Origin: Nitrospiraceae bacterium
GTDB lineage: Bacteria; Nitrospirota; Nitrospiria; Nitrospirales; Nitrospiraceae
Direction of reading: 5' to 3'
DNA length: 64,000 nt
Assembly (NCBI GenBank): GCA_050246315.1
Contig: JBFWWG010000012.1
Coordinates: forward strand, 1-64,000
Position numbers and translations under genes: made by a program
Notes under the pieces: model-generated
Told to the model about the DNA's origin: nothing
The model's input: the letters and a program-made list of their open reading frames with translations, nothing else
Database searches by the model: none
Shown here: in pieces, positions 32,130 to 41,880 of the stretch
How the letters are laid out: every line of letters starts with the position of its first letter
Position numbering within the stretch: the first letter of the stretch is position 1

Positions 32130-32987
32130 ATGGCGTTATCGATCACTGCGGCAGCCCTGACAGACCGCGGCCTCCTGCGGGAACGGAACGAAGACAGCTA
32201 TGCGATCGACCCGTCTCTGGGATGCTACCTGGTGTGCGACGGCATGGGCGGCCATGCGGCCGGCGACATCGCGAGCCGTCTCGCCGCCGACAGCATCTGT
32301 TCCTACCTGCGCCACATGCCGGAAGGCCTCGACTGTCGGGCCGGCGCTCCCTGCGACGAATCCGTTTCCCCGGTCACAAGCCGGTTGAATAGTGCAATCC
32401 GTTACGCCAACCGCGTCATCCATGGCGAGGGACTGCAACGGCCGGCCTGTGTGGGCATGGGCACGACCGTCGTTGCCGTGTTGATTCACGATCAGGTTGC
32501 CTCCATCGCCCACGTCGGCGACAGCCGGCTCTACCTGGTGCGCGACCGGCGGCTTGACTCCCTGACCACGGACCATACGGTGGAGGGTGAACGAAGCCGC
32601 TGGGACTGTGCCGGCGTCCGCCAGACCGACGGCCCCCGTTGGACCTCCGCGCTGACCCGGGCAGTGGGGATCGCCGACTCGGTCGAGGTGGAATTGTCGG
32701 AAGCGCCGTTGATGCCCGGCGATGTCTTGCTCCTCTGCTCGGACGGCCTGACTCGTGAGGTCACGACGGACGCCATCTTGCACACCGTTCTCGACCGCCA
32801 AATGCCGCAGCCGATCGCCGAACACCTGTTATCGCTGGCCAAGTCCGCCGGAGGGCGCGACAACATTACGGTCCTGGTCTTGGCGGTTCAAACCGAAACG
32901 ACCCCAACCGTCTGGGATCGCATCCGACGCCGTTTCTGTCACCACACGATGTCCGTCACGATGAACAAGGAGAATCCCCATGCCTGA
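32130..32987 (+). CDS. PP2C/Stp1-family Ser/Thr phosphatase
   Basis: TD.G..R..NED, VCDGMGGH, GMGTT, HVGDSR, LLCSDGL, GGRDNIT. Confidence 0.95.
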   Translation: MALSITAAALTDRGLLRERNEDSYAIDPSLGCYLVCDGMGGHAAGDIASRLAADSICSYLRHMPEGLDCRAGAPCDESVSPVTSRLNSAIRYANRVIHGEGLQRPACVGMGTTVVAVLIHDQVASIAHVGDSRLYLVRDRRLDSLTTDHTVEGERSRWDCAGVRQTDGPRWTSALTRAVGIADSVEVELSEAPLMPGDVLLLCSDGLTREVTTDAILHTVLDRQMPQPIAEHLLSLAKSAGGRDNITVLVLAVQTETTPTVWDRIRRRFCHHTMSVTMNKENPHA

Positions 32988-33702
32988 AGTCATTGCCGCC
33001 CATGCCAAACTGCTCCTGAAATCGAAGGAGGTCGCGATACAAGAAATCGACATCACGAAACCGACCTTTACGATCGGGCGAAACCCCGACAACGATGTCG
33101 TGGTAGACGATCCCACGGTCTCCGGGCACCATGCGCGCATCCTCAAAATCCAGGCGGCCTACTTCCTTGAGGATCTCAAGAGCACCAATGGCACCCTGCT
33201 GAACTCGAAGGCCGTGGACCGTCGCCAGTTACAGGATGCAGATGTCATCACGATCGGTCATGCTCGATTGGTCTTCCGCGATCAGAGTCCTGTCTCCTTG
33301 CAGCCTCCATTCACAGGTGCGATCGGCGCAACGGATCTGGACAGGACAATGGTCCTGACCGGGAAGACACCTCGGAGCTCAGTGCCGGCTTGTCCTCCCG
33401 CAAAGGTGGAGGTCCTCTCGGGCCGCACCGACCGGTCGGAATATCAGTTGACGAAACTCGTGACGGTGATCGGCTCGCAGGAGGACGCCACGATCCGGTT
33501 GACAGGATGGTTTGCCCCCAAAGTCGCGGCCATGATCGCCAGACGGAAGGAGGCCTGGACTCTCATCCCGTCCAACCACGGAAAGAAGGTGCTCCTGAAC
33601 CAGACTCGGGTGACCACGCAGGTGGAATTGAAGGACGGCGATCAAATCGACGTCGCGGGCACGACGTTGCGGGTTTCGTTGATCCTCCCCAAGGCGGCCT
33701 AA
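32980..33702 (+). CDS. Tandem FHA-domain protein
   Basis: FHA1 IGR...D.TVSGHHA...DLKSTNGT; degenerate FHA2 (VTVIGS...LKDGDQI); overlaps the PP2C stop. Confidence 0.9.
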   Translation: MPEVIAAHAKLLLKSKEVAIQEIDITKPTFTIGRNPDNDVVVDDPTVSGHHARILKIQAAYFLEDLKSTNGTLLNSKAVDRRQLQDADVITIGHARLVFRDQSPVSLQPPFTGAIGATDLDRTMVLTGKTPRSSVPACPPAKVEVLSGRTDRSEYQLTKLVTVIGSQEDATIRLTGWFAPKVAAMIARRKEAWTLIPSNHGKKVLLNQTRVTTQVELKDGDQIDVAGTTLRVSLILPKAA

Positions 33703-33749
33703 CTGTGTCGAGCCCTTGGCTGGAAGATCCGACGGCTGATCAGGTCGGA

Positions 33750-34364
33750 TCAGTCCAGCACGCGTTCTTGGATCAGCACCTCGGTGCAGGCGGAGGACAG
33801 ATCTTCCGCATGGGTACGCAAACAGCGCAAGATGGGACCACCGCGCATGGGCGTCTGCGGACAGAACCTCCGCACATCGGCACGGCACGACGCGAGGACG
33901 GCTCGGGCTCCATCACGAGGACGCGCCATCATCTCAACAGGGCGGCCCTGACAAGAGGGCGGCAGCAAACTGCCGTAGGTTCGCAGGCAATCTCGGAACC
34001 GCCCGCTACCCGGCTCTACTTCGCCGCACAACTTCCTGACTTCCTCGACGCAGTTTAACTCCAGGCTCGGCTCGAGCGAGAGCGCCGGTTGGTCGCGCGG
34101 AAGAGCCGGCGCTCCGGTGATATCCTGCGCCGGCACAGTCGGCCCCTCACCACGCGGATGCCTGTTCTCGGAACCCTGCCGGTCATCCGGCGCAATGACG
34201 AGGGATGGGCGAGACTCGACTCCGGACTCCAACCCGATGCCGGTCCAGGCGCTAAAAAGCGTGGTCGGCAGATTGACCCAGATCAGCGACCAAGCAATCC
34301 CCAACACGAAGAACGTGAGCACCCTGGCCGGCAACGACGATCGCCCGGGGAGAGGATCAGTCAT
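33750..34364 (-). CDS. Membrane-anchored cysteine-rich-repeat protein
   Basis: N-terminal TM, then two C..(E/D)V...C......G....CL......L...C repeats. Confidence 0.8.
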   Translation of the reverse strand: MTDPLPGRSSLPARVLTFFVLGIAWSLIWVNLPTTLFSAWTGIGLESGVESRPSLVIAPDDRQGSENRHPRGEGPTVPAQDITGAPALPRDQPALSLEPSLELNCVEEVRKLCGEVEPGSGRFRDCLRTYGSLLPPSCQGRPVEMMARPRDGARAVLASCRADVRRFCPQTPMRGGPILRCLRTHAEDLSSACTEVLIQERVLD

Positions 34365-34425
34365 GGGACACGCTCCCTCTCATGGCCGGTCGCGAGAACA
34401 CCGGCGCTCACCCACGAACTCCAGA

Positions 34426-35442
34426 TCAATTCTCCGGCGTTTCGACGATGTGATTCTCGAACTTGGTGCAGCCTTCGGCGAGCAGACGGTTGGTCAACAT
34501 TTCTCCCGGCCACTCGATGGGAAGATCCGCCGTAAAGACCCACACATCGGGGGAGGTCCAGACCGGGCCATGGTCTTCCGGCAATTCGGGATCGAACAGG
34601 TCGGTCCAGATCGGCATGTAGACTCCGTTACCGCACTGTGTATGGAGATGGACAATAGTCCGGGCGCGCACGGCCGGGTCCAATTCACGCCACACCGCTG
34701 CGGTTTCGTCGGCCAGCCGGTGCAGACGAACCGCATTCTGCGCGTCGTACAACGCATAGGCGGCATAGACAGGCGCCTCGATCATATGGGGCGCCTGCGC
34801 CAATTCCGCGCACTGTTCCGTCAACCCGGCCAAGAGTGCGCGCCGATCCTGCTCCTCCATGCCCTCGGGCAATGCCGGCTCCGTCGCCCCGATCAGCTCG
34901 AACAGCAGGAACGCGGTGTTTTCGACCGGAGGATGGAGTCGCGCCGCGACCGGTTGCGGCCGCTGGGATTCCGCCAACAACGACAGATGGTCATGGATCG
35001 ATTGCAGGCTGAGCAGGTCCAGAGTCGAGTCGGTGAGCAAGCGCGGCTCCACCGTGATGACCGTGCCGGGTGGCACGCGCAAGTACTGGTGCAGCAGGTT
35101 CGCGGTGGCGACCGGGTCGACTTTCAGGCCGAGCGGCAGGGTGAGGTTCGCCTGCAACGGCAGCGCCAAGGCGCCCATGACCGCATAGGTCGGCTTCTCG
35201 TCCGGATCGTGGACATCCATCATCGCCGAACAGGCCGCTTCGGCCAGCAGGTCGAACAGCCATTCGGCCATTTCTTCATCCAAGGCGGCCATGACCATGA
35301 GGAGTTCCTGCTCCCGACCCTGATCCAAAAAGGCCTGCAGCGTATCGACAGCCGCATCGTTGTCCCCATGATCGTGCCGGCGGGCGTTGATGAGGTGAAT
35401 CAGGTCCCGCGTGAGGGGATCGGGACGGGTCCAACTGAACAT
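34426..35442 (-). CDS. Hypothetical acidic protein
   Basis: AAGGAG RBS before ATG 35442; protein-like composition; no recognised motif. Confidence 0.7.
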   Translation of the reverse strand: MFSWTRPDPLTRDLIHLINARRHDHGDNDAAVDTLQAFLDQGREQELLMVMAALDEEMAEWLFDLLAEAACSAMMDVHDPDEKPTYAVMGALALPLQANLTLPLGLKVDPVATANLLHQYLRVPPGTVITVEPRLLTDSTLDLLSLQSIHDHLSLLAESQRPQPVAARLHPPVENTAFLLFELIGATEPALPEGMEEQDRRALLAGLTEQCAELAQAPHMIEAPVYAAYALYDAQNAVRLHRLADETAAVWRELDPAVRARTIVHLHTQCGNGVYMPIWTDLFDPELPEDHGPVWTSPDVWVFTADLPIEWPGEMLTNRLLAEGCTKFENHIVETPEN

Positions 35443-35594
35443 GTGGCGCTCCTTCGAATCACGCGTCGGCTTGCACAGGATGGCGAGCCGACCCAAAATA
35501 TGTTGCCAAAGATTGAATGGAGAGGCAAGTTTCTCACAGTTTCATCATCGAGACATCCACATCGACACGTCCGCGAGTCGCGCCTCGCTCGTCG

Positions 35595-36008
35595 TTACTC
35601 GCCGATGATCTTGATCAGCACGCGCTTCTTTCGCCGCCCGTCGAACTCGCCGTAGAAGATCTGCTCCCATGGACCGAAATCCAACCGCCCGTTCGTCAGC
35701 GCCACGACCACTTCCCGCCCCATGAGTTGGCGTTTGATATGGGCATCGCCGTTGTCCTCTCCCGTCAGGTTATGACGATAGGCACCGGCCTGGGGCGCCT
35801 GCCGTTCAAGAAAATCGTCGTAATCCTGCAGCAGGCCCGGTTCGTCGTCGTTGATGTAGACGCTCGCCGTGATGTGCATGGCGTTGACCAGCACCAGCCC
35901 TTCCCGGATGCCGCTCTTCCGCACCGCGCCCTCCACCTGCGGCGTGATGTTCAGATAGGCGCGGCGGGTCGGCGTCTCGAAGGAAAGTTCTTCTCGATAC
36001 TGTTTCAT
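35595..36008 (-). CDS. yjbQ: YjbQ/UPF0047 family protein
   Basis: [35 protein letters not shown]. Confidence 0.93.
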   Translation of the reverse strand: MKQYREELSFETPTRRAYLNITPQVEGAVRKSGIREGLVLVNAMHITASVYINDDEPGLLQDYDDFLERQAPQAGAYRHNLTGEDNGDAHIKRQLMGREVVVALTNGRLDFGPWEQIFYGEFDGRRKKRVLIKIIGE

Positions 36009-36247
36009 GACGAGCCACGGACGGTCCGTCGCACGATGATGCCTCACGCTCCGCCGGAGTTGCAAGTCCGCCGTCGCCGATGCAGACGTCGAACGGGAAC
36101 CGGATGATCGAACCCTGACCGGATGAGGGCCAACTCACAATCAGACGACTCATGACCTCGAACGAATGCGCATGGTGCCTTGCTGGCACTGAGGCCTTGC
36201 ATCGCTTATAATCACGAGACGACGGAAATTTTTCCTCAGGAACATCT

Positions 36248-37993
36248 GTGCCCACTCGCCGCCCGACAGTTCCCCACCTCTCGTCCAACGCGCGGACCGT
36301 ATTGCAACGGCGCTATCTCATGAAGAACGAGCGGGGACGTCTCATTGAAACACCGGCGCAGATGTTCTCCCGCGTAGCTACCAATATCGCCGGGGCGGAA
36401 CGGGGCTACCGCGTGCAAATGCCCCCTGCGCGTGTGGCCCGTTCGTTCTACGAGATGATGGCGAAACTGGAGTTTCTGCCGAACTCGCCGACACTCATGA
36501 ACGCCGGGGGTCGGTTGCAGCAACTGTCCGCCTGTTTTGTGCTCCCCGTCGCGGACTCGCTCGAATCCATCTACGAGACGCTCAAGCACCAGGCGCTGAT
36601 CCATCAATCCGGAGGCGGCACCGGCTTCTCCTTCAGCCGGCTTCGGCCAAAGGACGACGTGGTCGCGACCACGCACGGCATCGCCTCAGGCCCGGTGTCC
36701 TTCATGAGAATCTTCAACACCTCGACCGACGTCATCAAGCAGGGAGGCACCCGCCGCGGCGCCAACATGGGGATTCTCCGCGTGGACCATCCCGATATCT
36801 TGGAATTCATTCAGGCCAAGCAGCGTCCTGAGGCATTGACCAATTTCAACATCTCGGTCGGTGTCACGGATGCTTTTATGGAAGCCGTGGCCCGCCGGCG
36901 CGACTACCCCTTGATCAATCCGCGGACCAACAGGCTCGTGCGTCGGATCTCCGCGCAGATGGTTTTCGACACGCTCATCGACGCGGCCTGGACCAGCGGT
37001 GAACCGGGGATCATCTTCCTCGACACCATCAACCGGACCCAACCGACGCCGACCGTGGGGGAGATCGAAGCCACCAATCCGTGCGGCGAGCAACCCTTGT
37101 TGCCCTACGAGTCTTGCGTCTTGGGCTCGATCAACCTCGCCAAGTTCGTCGACGGGCCGTTACAGACCCGCCACATCGACTATGAACGGCTCGCCGAAAG
37201 GGTCCGTCTGGCCGTGAGGTTTCTGGACAATGTCATCGACATGACCCGATTCCCCTTGGAGGCGATTGCCAGGCTCACGACCGGTAATCGCAAGATCGGG
37301 CTTGGCGTCATGGGATTTGCCGACCTGCTGATCTCGCTGAACGTCCCCTACGACAGCGAAGAAGCGCTGAAGCTCGGCGAATCCCTGATGCGGTTCGTCC
37401 GCGAACATGCGCACGAGGCCTCTGGCGACCTGGCGCGGACGAGGGGGGTGTTCCCCAACTACGGGACGAGTCGTTTGAAGGAGACCGGGGAGCGCCGCCG
37501 CAACGCCACCGTGACGACCATCGCCCCGACCGGCACCATCAGCATCATTGCCGACTGCTCGGCGGGCATCGAGCCGCTCTACGGCGTGAGCTTCGTGCGG
37601 ACCGTCATGGATGATGTGCGCCTCACGAGCGTCCATCCCGAGTTCCTGAGGCTGGCGCGCCGTCACGGCATCGCGAGCGACGCGCTGCTCCGGAAGGTGT
37701 CCCAACAGGAATCGATTCAGCACCTGACTGAGATCCCGCCGGACCTGCGCCGGCTGTTCGTGACCGCGCACGACGTGAGCCCGGAACACCACGTGAGAAT
37801 CCAGGCCGCCTTCCAAAAATATAGCGACAGCGGCGTCTCCAAGACCATCAACCTCCCGACCGGCGCTTCACGGGCCGACGTGGCCGGGGCATTTCGCCTG
37901 GCCTACCAGTTGGGTTGCAAGGGGCTGACCGTGTTTCGCAACGGGAGCCGCGAAAGGCAAGTGCTCTCGTGCGCCAACATTCAATACTGCTGA
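36248..37993 (+). CDS. nrdJ: Class II adenosylcobalamin-dependent ribonucleotide reductase
   Basis: FLPNSPTLMNAG, LSACFV, GGTRRGANM, TNPCGEQ, TIAPTGTIS, SKTIN, KG.TVFR.GSR; C-terminal CANIQYC. Confidence 0.95.
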   Translation: MPTRRPTVPHLSSNARTVLQRRYLMKNERGRLIETPAQMFSRVATNIAGAERGYRVQMPPARVARSFYEMMAKLEFLPNSPTLMNAGGRLQQLSACFVLPVADSLESIYETLKHQALIHQSGGGTGFSFSRLRPKDDVVATTHGIASGPVSFMRIFNTSTDVIKQGGTRRGANMGILRVDHPDILEFIQAKQRPEALTNFNISVGVTDAFMEAVARRRDYPLINPRTNRLVRRISAQMVFDTLIDAAWTSGEPGIIFLDTINRTQPTPTVGEIEATNPCGEQPLLPYESCVLGSINLAKFVDGPLQTRHIDYERLAERVRLAVRFLDNVIDMTRFPLEAIARLTTGNRKIGLGVMGFADLLISLNVPYDSEEALKLGESLMRFVREHAHEASGDLARTRGVFPNYGTSRLKETGERRRNATVTTIAPTGTISIIADCSAGIEPLYGVSFVRTVMDDVRLTSVHPEFLRLARRHGIASDALLRKVSQQESIQHLTEIPPDLRRLFVTAHDVSPEHHVRIQAAFQKYSDSGVSKTINLPTGASRADVAGAFRLAYQLGCKGLTVFRNGSRERQVLSCANIQYC

Positions 37994-38159
37994 CTTCATA
38001 CCGGACCCCCGAGTGCCAAGCAGCCGTAAGCCGCGAAAGCCGGCCCTCTAACCCCGCACGATTTCAGCGGAAGTTTGACATGGCCGGATGAGGATGCTAT
38101 CACAGCACACAAGAACGACTTTCGAGATCGAGTGTCACACATCCTACGAGAGGTGATCC

Positions 38160-38861
38160 ATGTTCGCTCATAGCGGGTGGTCAACAGGCGCCGCACAACT
38201 TCCGCATTGGAATCTGCTCTTTGCCCGAGCGCCGGAACCGGACCTTGAATTCGAAGAGGATGTGTTGGAAGAGGCGGGGTCGGGATCGGGTCAGCCCTCC
38301 TCCGCGAATAAGCCGCCGAAACGCAAGGGCAGCAGCCCGATGATGTGGATCCTGCTGCTCCTGTTCCTCGGGGGCGGCGCCTATGTCGCAATGGACCCGG
38401 ATATCGTCATGGACCTCCTCAATCCGCTGCTGGGCGAGCCGGTCTCGACACCGCCGCTCGCTCAAAGTCCGCCATCATCGAAGCCAACAACTCCTCGACC
38501 CGAACCGGTGACTCCTTCACCGGCGGCACAACCGACTCCGATGGACTCGGCGTCGGCGCCTGGGCCGCGTGCCATCCCTTCGCCTCCCCCGACGGTCGCT
38601 CCGGCGCCAACCGTCTCGGCCAGACCGTTTAGTGACCCACAATTCGGCGAAGGCCAGCGTGTCACCATCGCCGGCACAGCCGGACCGTTAATCCTGTCAC
38701 AGGATGCGGCAGGACGGCAGCCTGGGCCGTCGGTCAAGCCAGGAAGCACATTGATTGTCCTGGACGGCGATCTCCAAGCGACCGGCTGGGTCTATTCAGT
38801 GCGGACCGAGCAGGGCGCCAAGGGATGGGTTCCTGAAAGGATGCTGCGGCTGATCCCATAG
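38160..38861 (+). CDS. Membrane protein with Pro-rich linker and C-terminal SH3-like domain
   Basis: GAGGTG RBS; single TM; W.YSVRT..G.KGWVPE..L. Confidence 0.75.
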   Translation: MFAHSGWSTGAAQLPHWNLLFARAPEPDLEFEEDVLEEAGSGSGQPSSANKPPKRKGSSPMMWILLLLFLGGGAYVAMDPDIVMDLLNPLLGEPVSTPPLAQSPPSSKPTTPRPEPVTPSPAAQPTPMDSASAPGPRAIPSPPPTVAPAPTVSARPFSDPQFGEGQRVTIAGTAGPLILSQDAAGRQPGPSVKPGSTLIVLDGDLQATGWVYSVRTEQGAKGWVPERMLRLIP

Positions 38862-38906
38862 CGAATCGCCAGCCTCCGCTCGACTGAAATGGCACGAGTA
38901 GGCTCG

Positions 38907-39063
38907 ACTTCGTGTGAACCAGCGGCTCATCGGGAGAAGCCCATCCGATGCTGACGCCGCTGGGGAAGCTCCCTCAGGCTGAGCCTCTTCGCGGTAGACC
39001 CATTGCATCAAGATAGGACCGCAATGGGTGCTCCACTCCGGCGGCGGACTTTTTCAGCATCTT
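38907..39063. mobile_element. Partial copy of the MITE-like repeat
   Basis: ACTTCGTGTGAACCAGCGGC...TGACGCCGCTGG...GGCGGACTTTTTCAGCATCTT; same family as 17120-17390. Confidence 0.65.
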
Positions 39064-39228
39064 GTTTGAGGCGCCGGGGTTGCCCCAAGGACAACCCCGG
39101 CGCTGTTCTGTGATTCCACCACGCACCCTCGAAGCTCCGACCGCCACATCCATCGACCCCTTCGTTTCGGCCTTCTCTCCTGCGCCGAGTCCTGTGCTAT
39201 ACTGCCCTCTCATTTCGAACTCCCAGCC

Positions 39229-39927
39229 ATGCTGCGCGCGATCATTTTCGATTTCGACGGTGTCATCGCCGATACCGAGCCCCTTCACTTCCGGGCCTTC
39301 CAGCAGGTCTTAGAAGGGATCGGCCTCTCGATGAGCGAGGCCGAGTATTACGCCGACTATTTGGGATTTGACGATCGAGGTTGTTTCATCACGGCCCTGG
39401 CCGCCAACGGACACCCGACACCAGCCGATACCATTCACTCCTTAATGGAGCGGAAAGCCGCCGCCTATTTGGACGCCGTGCGCCGGCACCTGGTCGTGCT
39501 GCCCGGCGTGCCGGCCTTCGTGCAGCAAGCCAGCCGGCAGTATCCGTTGGCTATCGCCTCCGGCGCGCTCCGACCCGAGATCGAACTGATCCTGCGCACG
39601 ATCGGCCTACGAGACTGTTTTCAGGAAATCACCAGCGCCGAGGACGTAGTGAGGGGCAAGCCGGACCCGGAACCGTTCCTGCTGGCGTTGGAACGTGTGA
39701 ATAAGTCCAGCAGGACGGCGGCGACGGCTCCGATCAAGCCAGGCGAATGTTTGGTCATCGAGGATTCCATTCCGGGCATCCGAAGCGGCAAGGCCGCGGG
39801 CATGAAAGTGTTGGCCGTGGCCAACACCCACGCGATCGGAGATTTGGCCGAGGCTCACGCCATCACACCCGGCCTGGACCAGGTCGATCTCCAAGAGCTG
39901 ATCGGGCGACTGTGGGGACCAGGCTGA
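39229..39927 (+). CDS. HAD-family phosphatase (beta-PGM-like)
   Basis: IIFDFDGVIADTE, IASG, GKPDPE, VIEDS..G..S. Confidence 0.93.
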   Translation: MLRAIIFDFDGVIADTEPLHFRAFQQVLEGIGLSMSEAEYYADYLGFDDRGCFITALAANGHPTPADTIHSLMERKAAAYLDAVRRHLVVLPGVPAFVQQASRQYPLAIASGALRPEIELILRTIGLRDCFQEITSAEDVVRGKPDPEPFLLALERVNKSSRTAATAPIKPGECLVIEDSIPGIRSGKAAGMKVLAVANTHAIGDLAEAHAITPGLDQVDLQELIGRLWGPG

Positions 39928-40050
39928 CGCGTCATACGTCGCTGGTCGCTGGTCATCCGTCACGAATCGCCCTTACCAAGTGAATAGACGAATCGCCTCT
40001 GCCTTACCTACGATTGACGCAAGACGGGCGACGATTAACGAATATCGGCA

Positions 40051-40989
40051 ATGCGAATCTGCTCCTTACAGCCAGGCGCTACCGAGATCATCGCGGCCTT
40101 GGGATTGACGGATCACCTTGTCGCCCTGAGTCACGAGTGCGACTATCCCCCAACGATCACCGGCCTGCCGGTCGTCACCAGGTCGTTCAGCGCGCCTGCT
40201 CCTTCGTCCTGCCGCGAAATCGACCGATCCGTCGCGGAGCGGATGGCAGCGGACCAGCCGCTGTTCGAGATCGATGCCACTTCGCTCGCAGCCGCGAATC
40301 CGGATCTCATAATCCTGCAAGACCTCTGCCACATTTGCGGGATCACTCCCGACCACCTCGATCAAACGCTCAGTGGCCTGCCGACCAGACCGACGCTTAT
40401 CACGGTGGGAGGCTCCACATTGGAGGCCGTCTTCCACGACATCGTGCGGATCGGCCAGGCGGTAGGACGAACCGAGACGGCTGAGTTGCTGGTTGATGCC
40501 CTGCGCCGCCGGCTCGAAGCGGTGCGGCAGCGGCAGGCGGGCCGCGCGCGGCCACCCAAGGTCGTCTGTCTGGAATGGCTCGATCCATTCTATGTGGCAG
40601 GACACTGGACGCCCGAACTCGTGGCATTGGCCGGAGGACGGGATGTGCTGGGGACAGCCGGGGCGCCCTCTCGGAAAGTCGAGTGGCACGACCTGGTCGC
40701 CGCGGCGCCGGATCTGTTGCTGATCATGCCCTGTGGATTCACCCTCGAACGTACGGTCGACGAGTTTGACTCCCATTGCCCGGCCTTCCCCTGGGACCAA
40801 TTGCCGGCCGTCCATCGCCGACGTGTGTTTGCGCTCGACGGAAACGCCTATTTCTCCAGGCCCGGTCCCAGACTCATCGACGGGCTGGAGCTGCTGGAGG
40901 CCCTGCTGACGAAGGAGGACCTCGTCGTTCCTTTGCCGCCGGGGGCACGGCGGATCACCAACGTGCCGGCTCAGGGCCTCAGGGTGTAA
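40051..40989 (+). CDS. BtuF-like cobalamin/Fe-chelate binding protein
   Basis: MRICSL.P.ATEI..ALG, SHECDYP, Q.LC..C, CLEWLDP, PCGF, FSRPGPRL.DG.E. Confidence 0.85.
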   Translation: MRICSLQPGATEIIAALGLTDHLVALSHECDYPPTITGLPVVTRSFSAPAPSSCREIDRSVAERMAADQPLFEIDATSLAAANPDLIILQDLCHICGITPDHLDQTLSGLPTRPTLITVGGSTLEAVFHDIVRIGQAVGRTETAELLVDALRRRLEAVRQRQAGRARPPKVVCLEWLDPFYVAGHWTPELVALAGGRDVLGTAGAPSRKVEWHDLVAAAPDLLLIMPCGFTLERTVDEFDSHCPAFPWDQLPAVHRRRVFALDGNAYFSRPGPRLIDGLELLEALLTKEDLVVPLPPGARRITNVPAQGLRV

Positions 40990-40992
40990 GCG

Positions 40993-41880
40993 ATGACGCC
41001 GACCGAGGCTCAAGCCTACTGCACGACGCTCACCAAGCGGAGCGGCAGCAATTTCTACTACTCGTTCTTCTTTCTGCCGCGAGAGCGCCGTGAGGCGATG
41101 TACACCGTCTATGCCTTCTGCAAAGAGGTCGACAGCGCCGTGGACGAGCCGCCGGCGGGAAGCAACCCCCGGGAAGAACTGCGCCGATGGCGCCAGGAAC
41201 TGACCGCGGTCTACCACGGCCGCCCCACTCATCCCGTGATGATCAGCTTGGCAACCCATGCCAAACTGTTCGACATTCCGCAGGAGTTGTGCGAAGAACT
41301 CATCAATGGGGTTGAGATGGATCTCAGCCTGACCCGCTATCAGACATTCACCGATCTGTACCAATACTGCTATCGGGTCGCCTCGGTCGTGGGCCTGATC
41401 TGTCTCCGCATCTTCGGCGTCCAATCCCCCAAGGCCACGGCCTACGCCATCGATCTCGGTCTTGCCTTTCAAATGACGAATATCCTCCGCGACCTGGGGG
41501 TCGACGCGCGCAACGGCCGCATGTATCTCCCGCTGGAGGACTTGGACCGGTTCGGCTACCAGGAATCCGATCTGCTCGCGGAGCGGATGACGCCGGCCTA
41601 CTATGCGCTGATGCGATTCGAGTGCGAGCGAGCCCGTACATTTTATGACAAGGCTCGGCAGTCCCTGGAGGAGTTGCCGGCATCCGATCGACAGCTCCTG
41701 ACCGTCGCGGAAATCATGCGCGGAGTGTACAGCCGCATTCTGACGCGCATCGAATCCTCCAACTACCAGGTCTTCGGTCCGCGCATCCGCCTGTCGTCCC
41801 CTCACCGGCTGGGAGTCGCGGCGGCCATCTGGCTCCGGTCTCGGTTGCGATCTCATCTCCTCTCCCAGGCCTCGGCATGA
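40993..41880 (+). CDS. hpnD: Presqualene diphosphate synthase HpnD
   Basis: SGSNFYYSF, YAFC..VD..VD, YCYRVASVVG, FQMTNILRD...D...GRMYLP; adjacent to hpnE. Confidence 0.88.
   Translation: MTPTEAQAYCTTLTKRSGSNFYYSFFFLPRERREAMYTVYAFCKEVDSAVDEPPAGSNPREELRRWRQELTAVYHGRPTHPVMISLATHAKLFDIPQELCEELINGVEMDLSLTRYQTFTDLYQYCYRVASVVGLICLRIFGVQSPKATAYAIDLGLAFQMTNILRDLGVDARNGRMYLPLEDLDRFGYQESDLLAERMTPAYYALMRFECERARTFYDKARQSLEELPASDRQLLTVAEIMRGVYSRILTRIESSNYQVFGPRIRLSSPHRLGVAAAIWLRSRLRSHLLSQASA

Noticed and set aside
34117..35655. 512-aa plus-strand ORF
   Set aside because: Arg-rich shadow overlapping three minus-strand genes.
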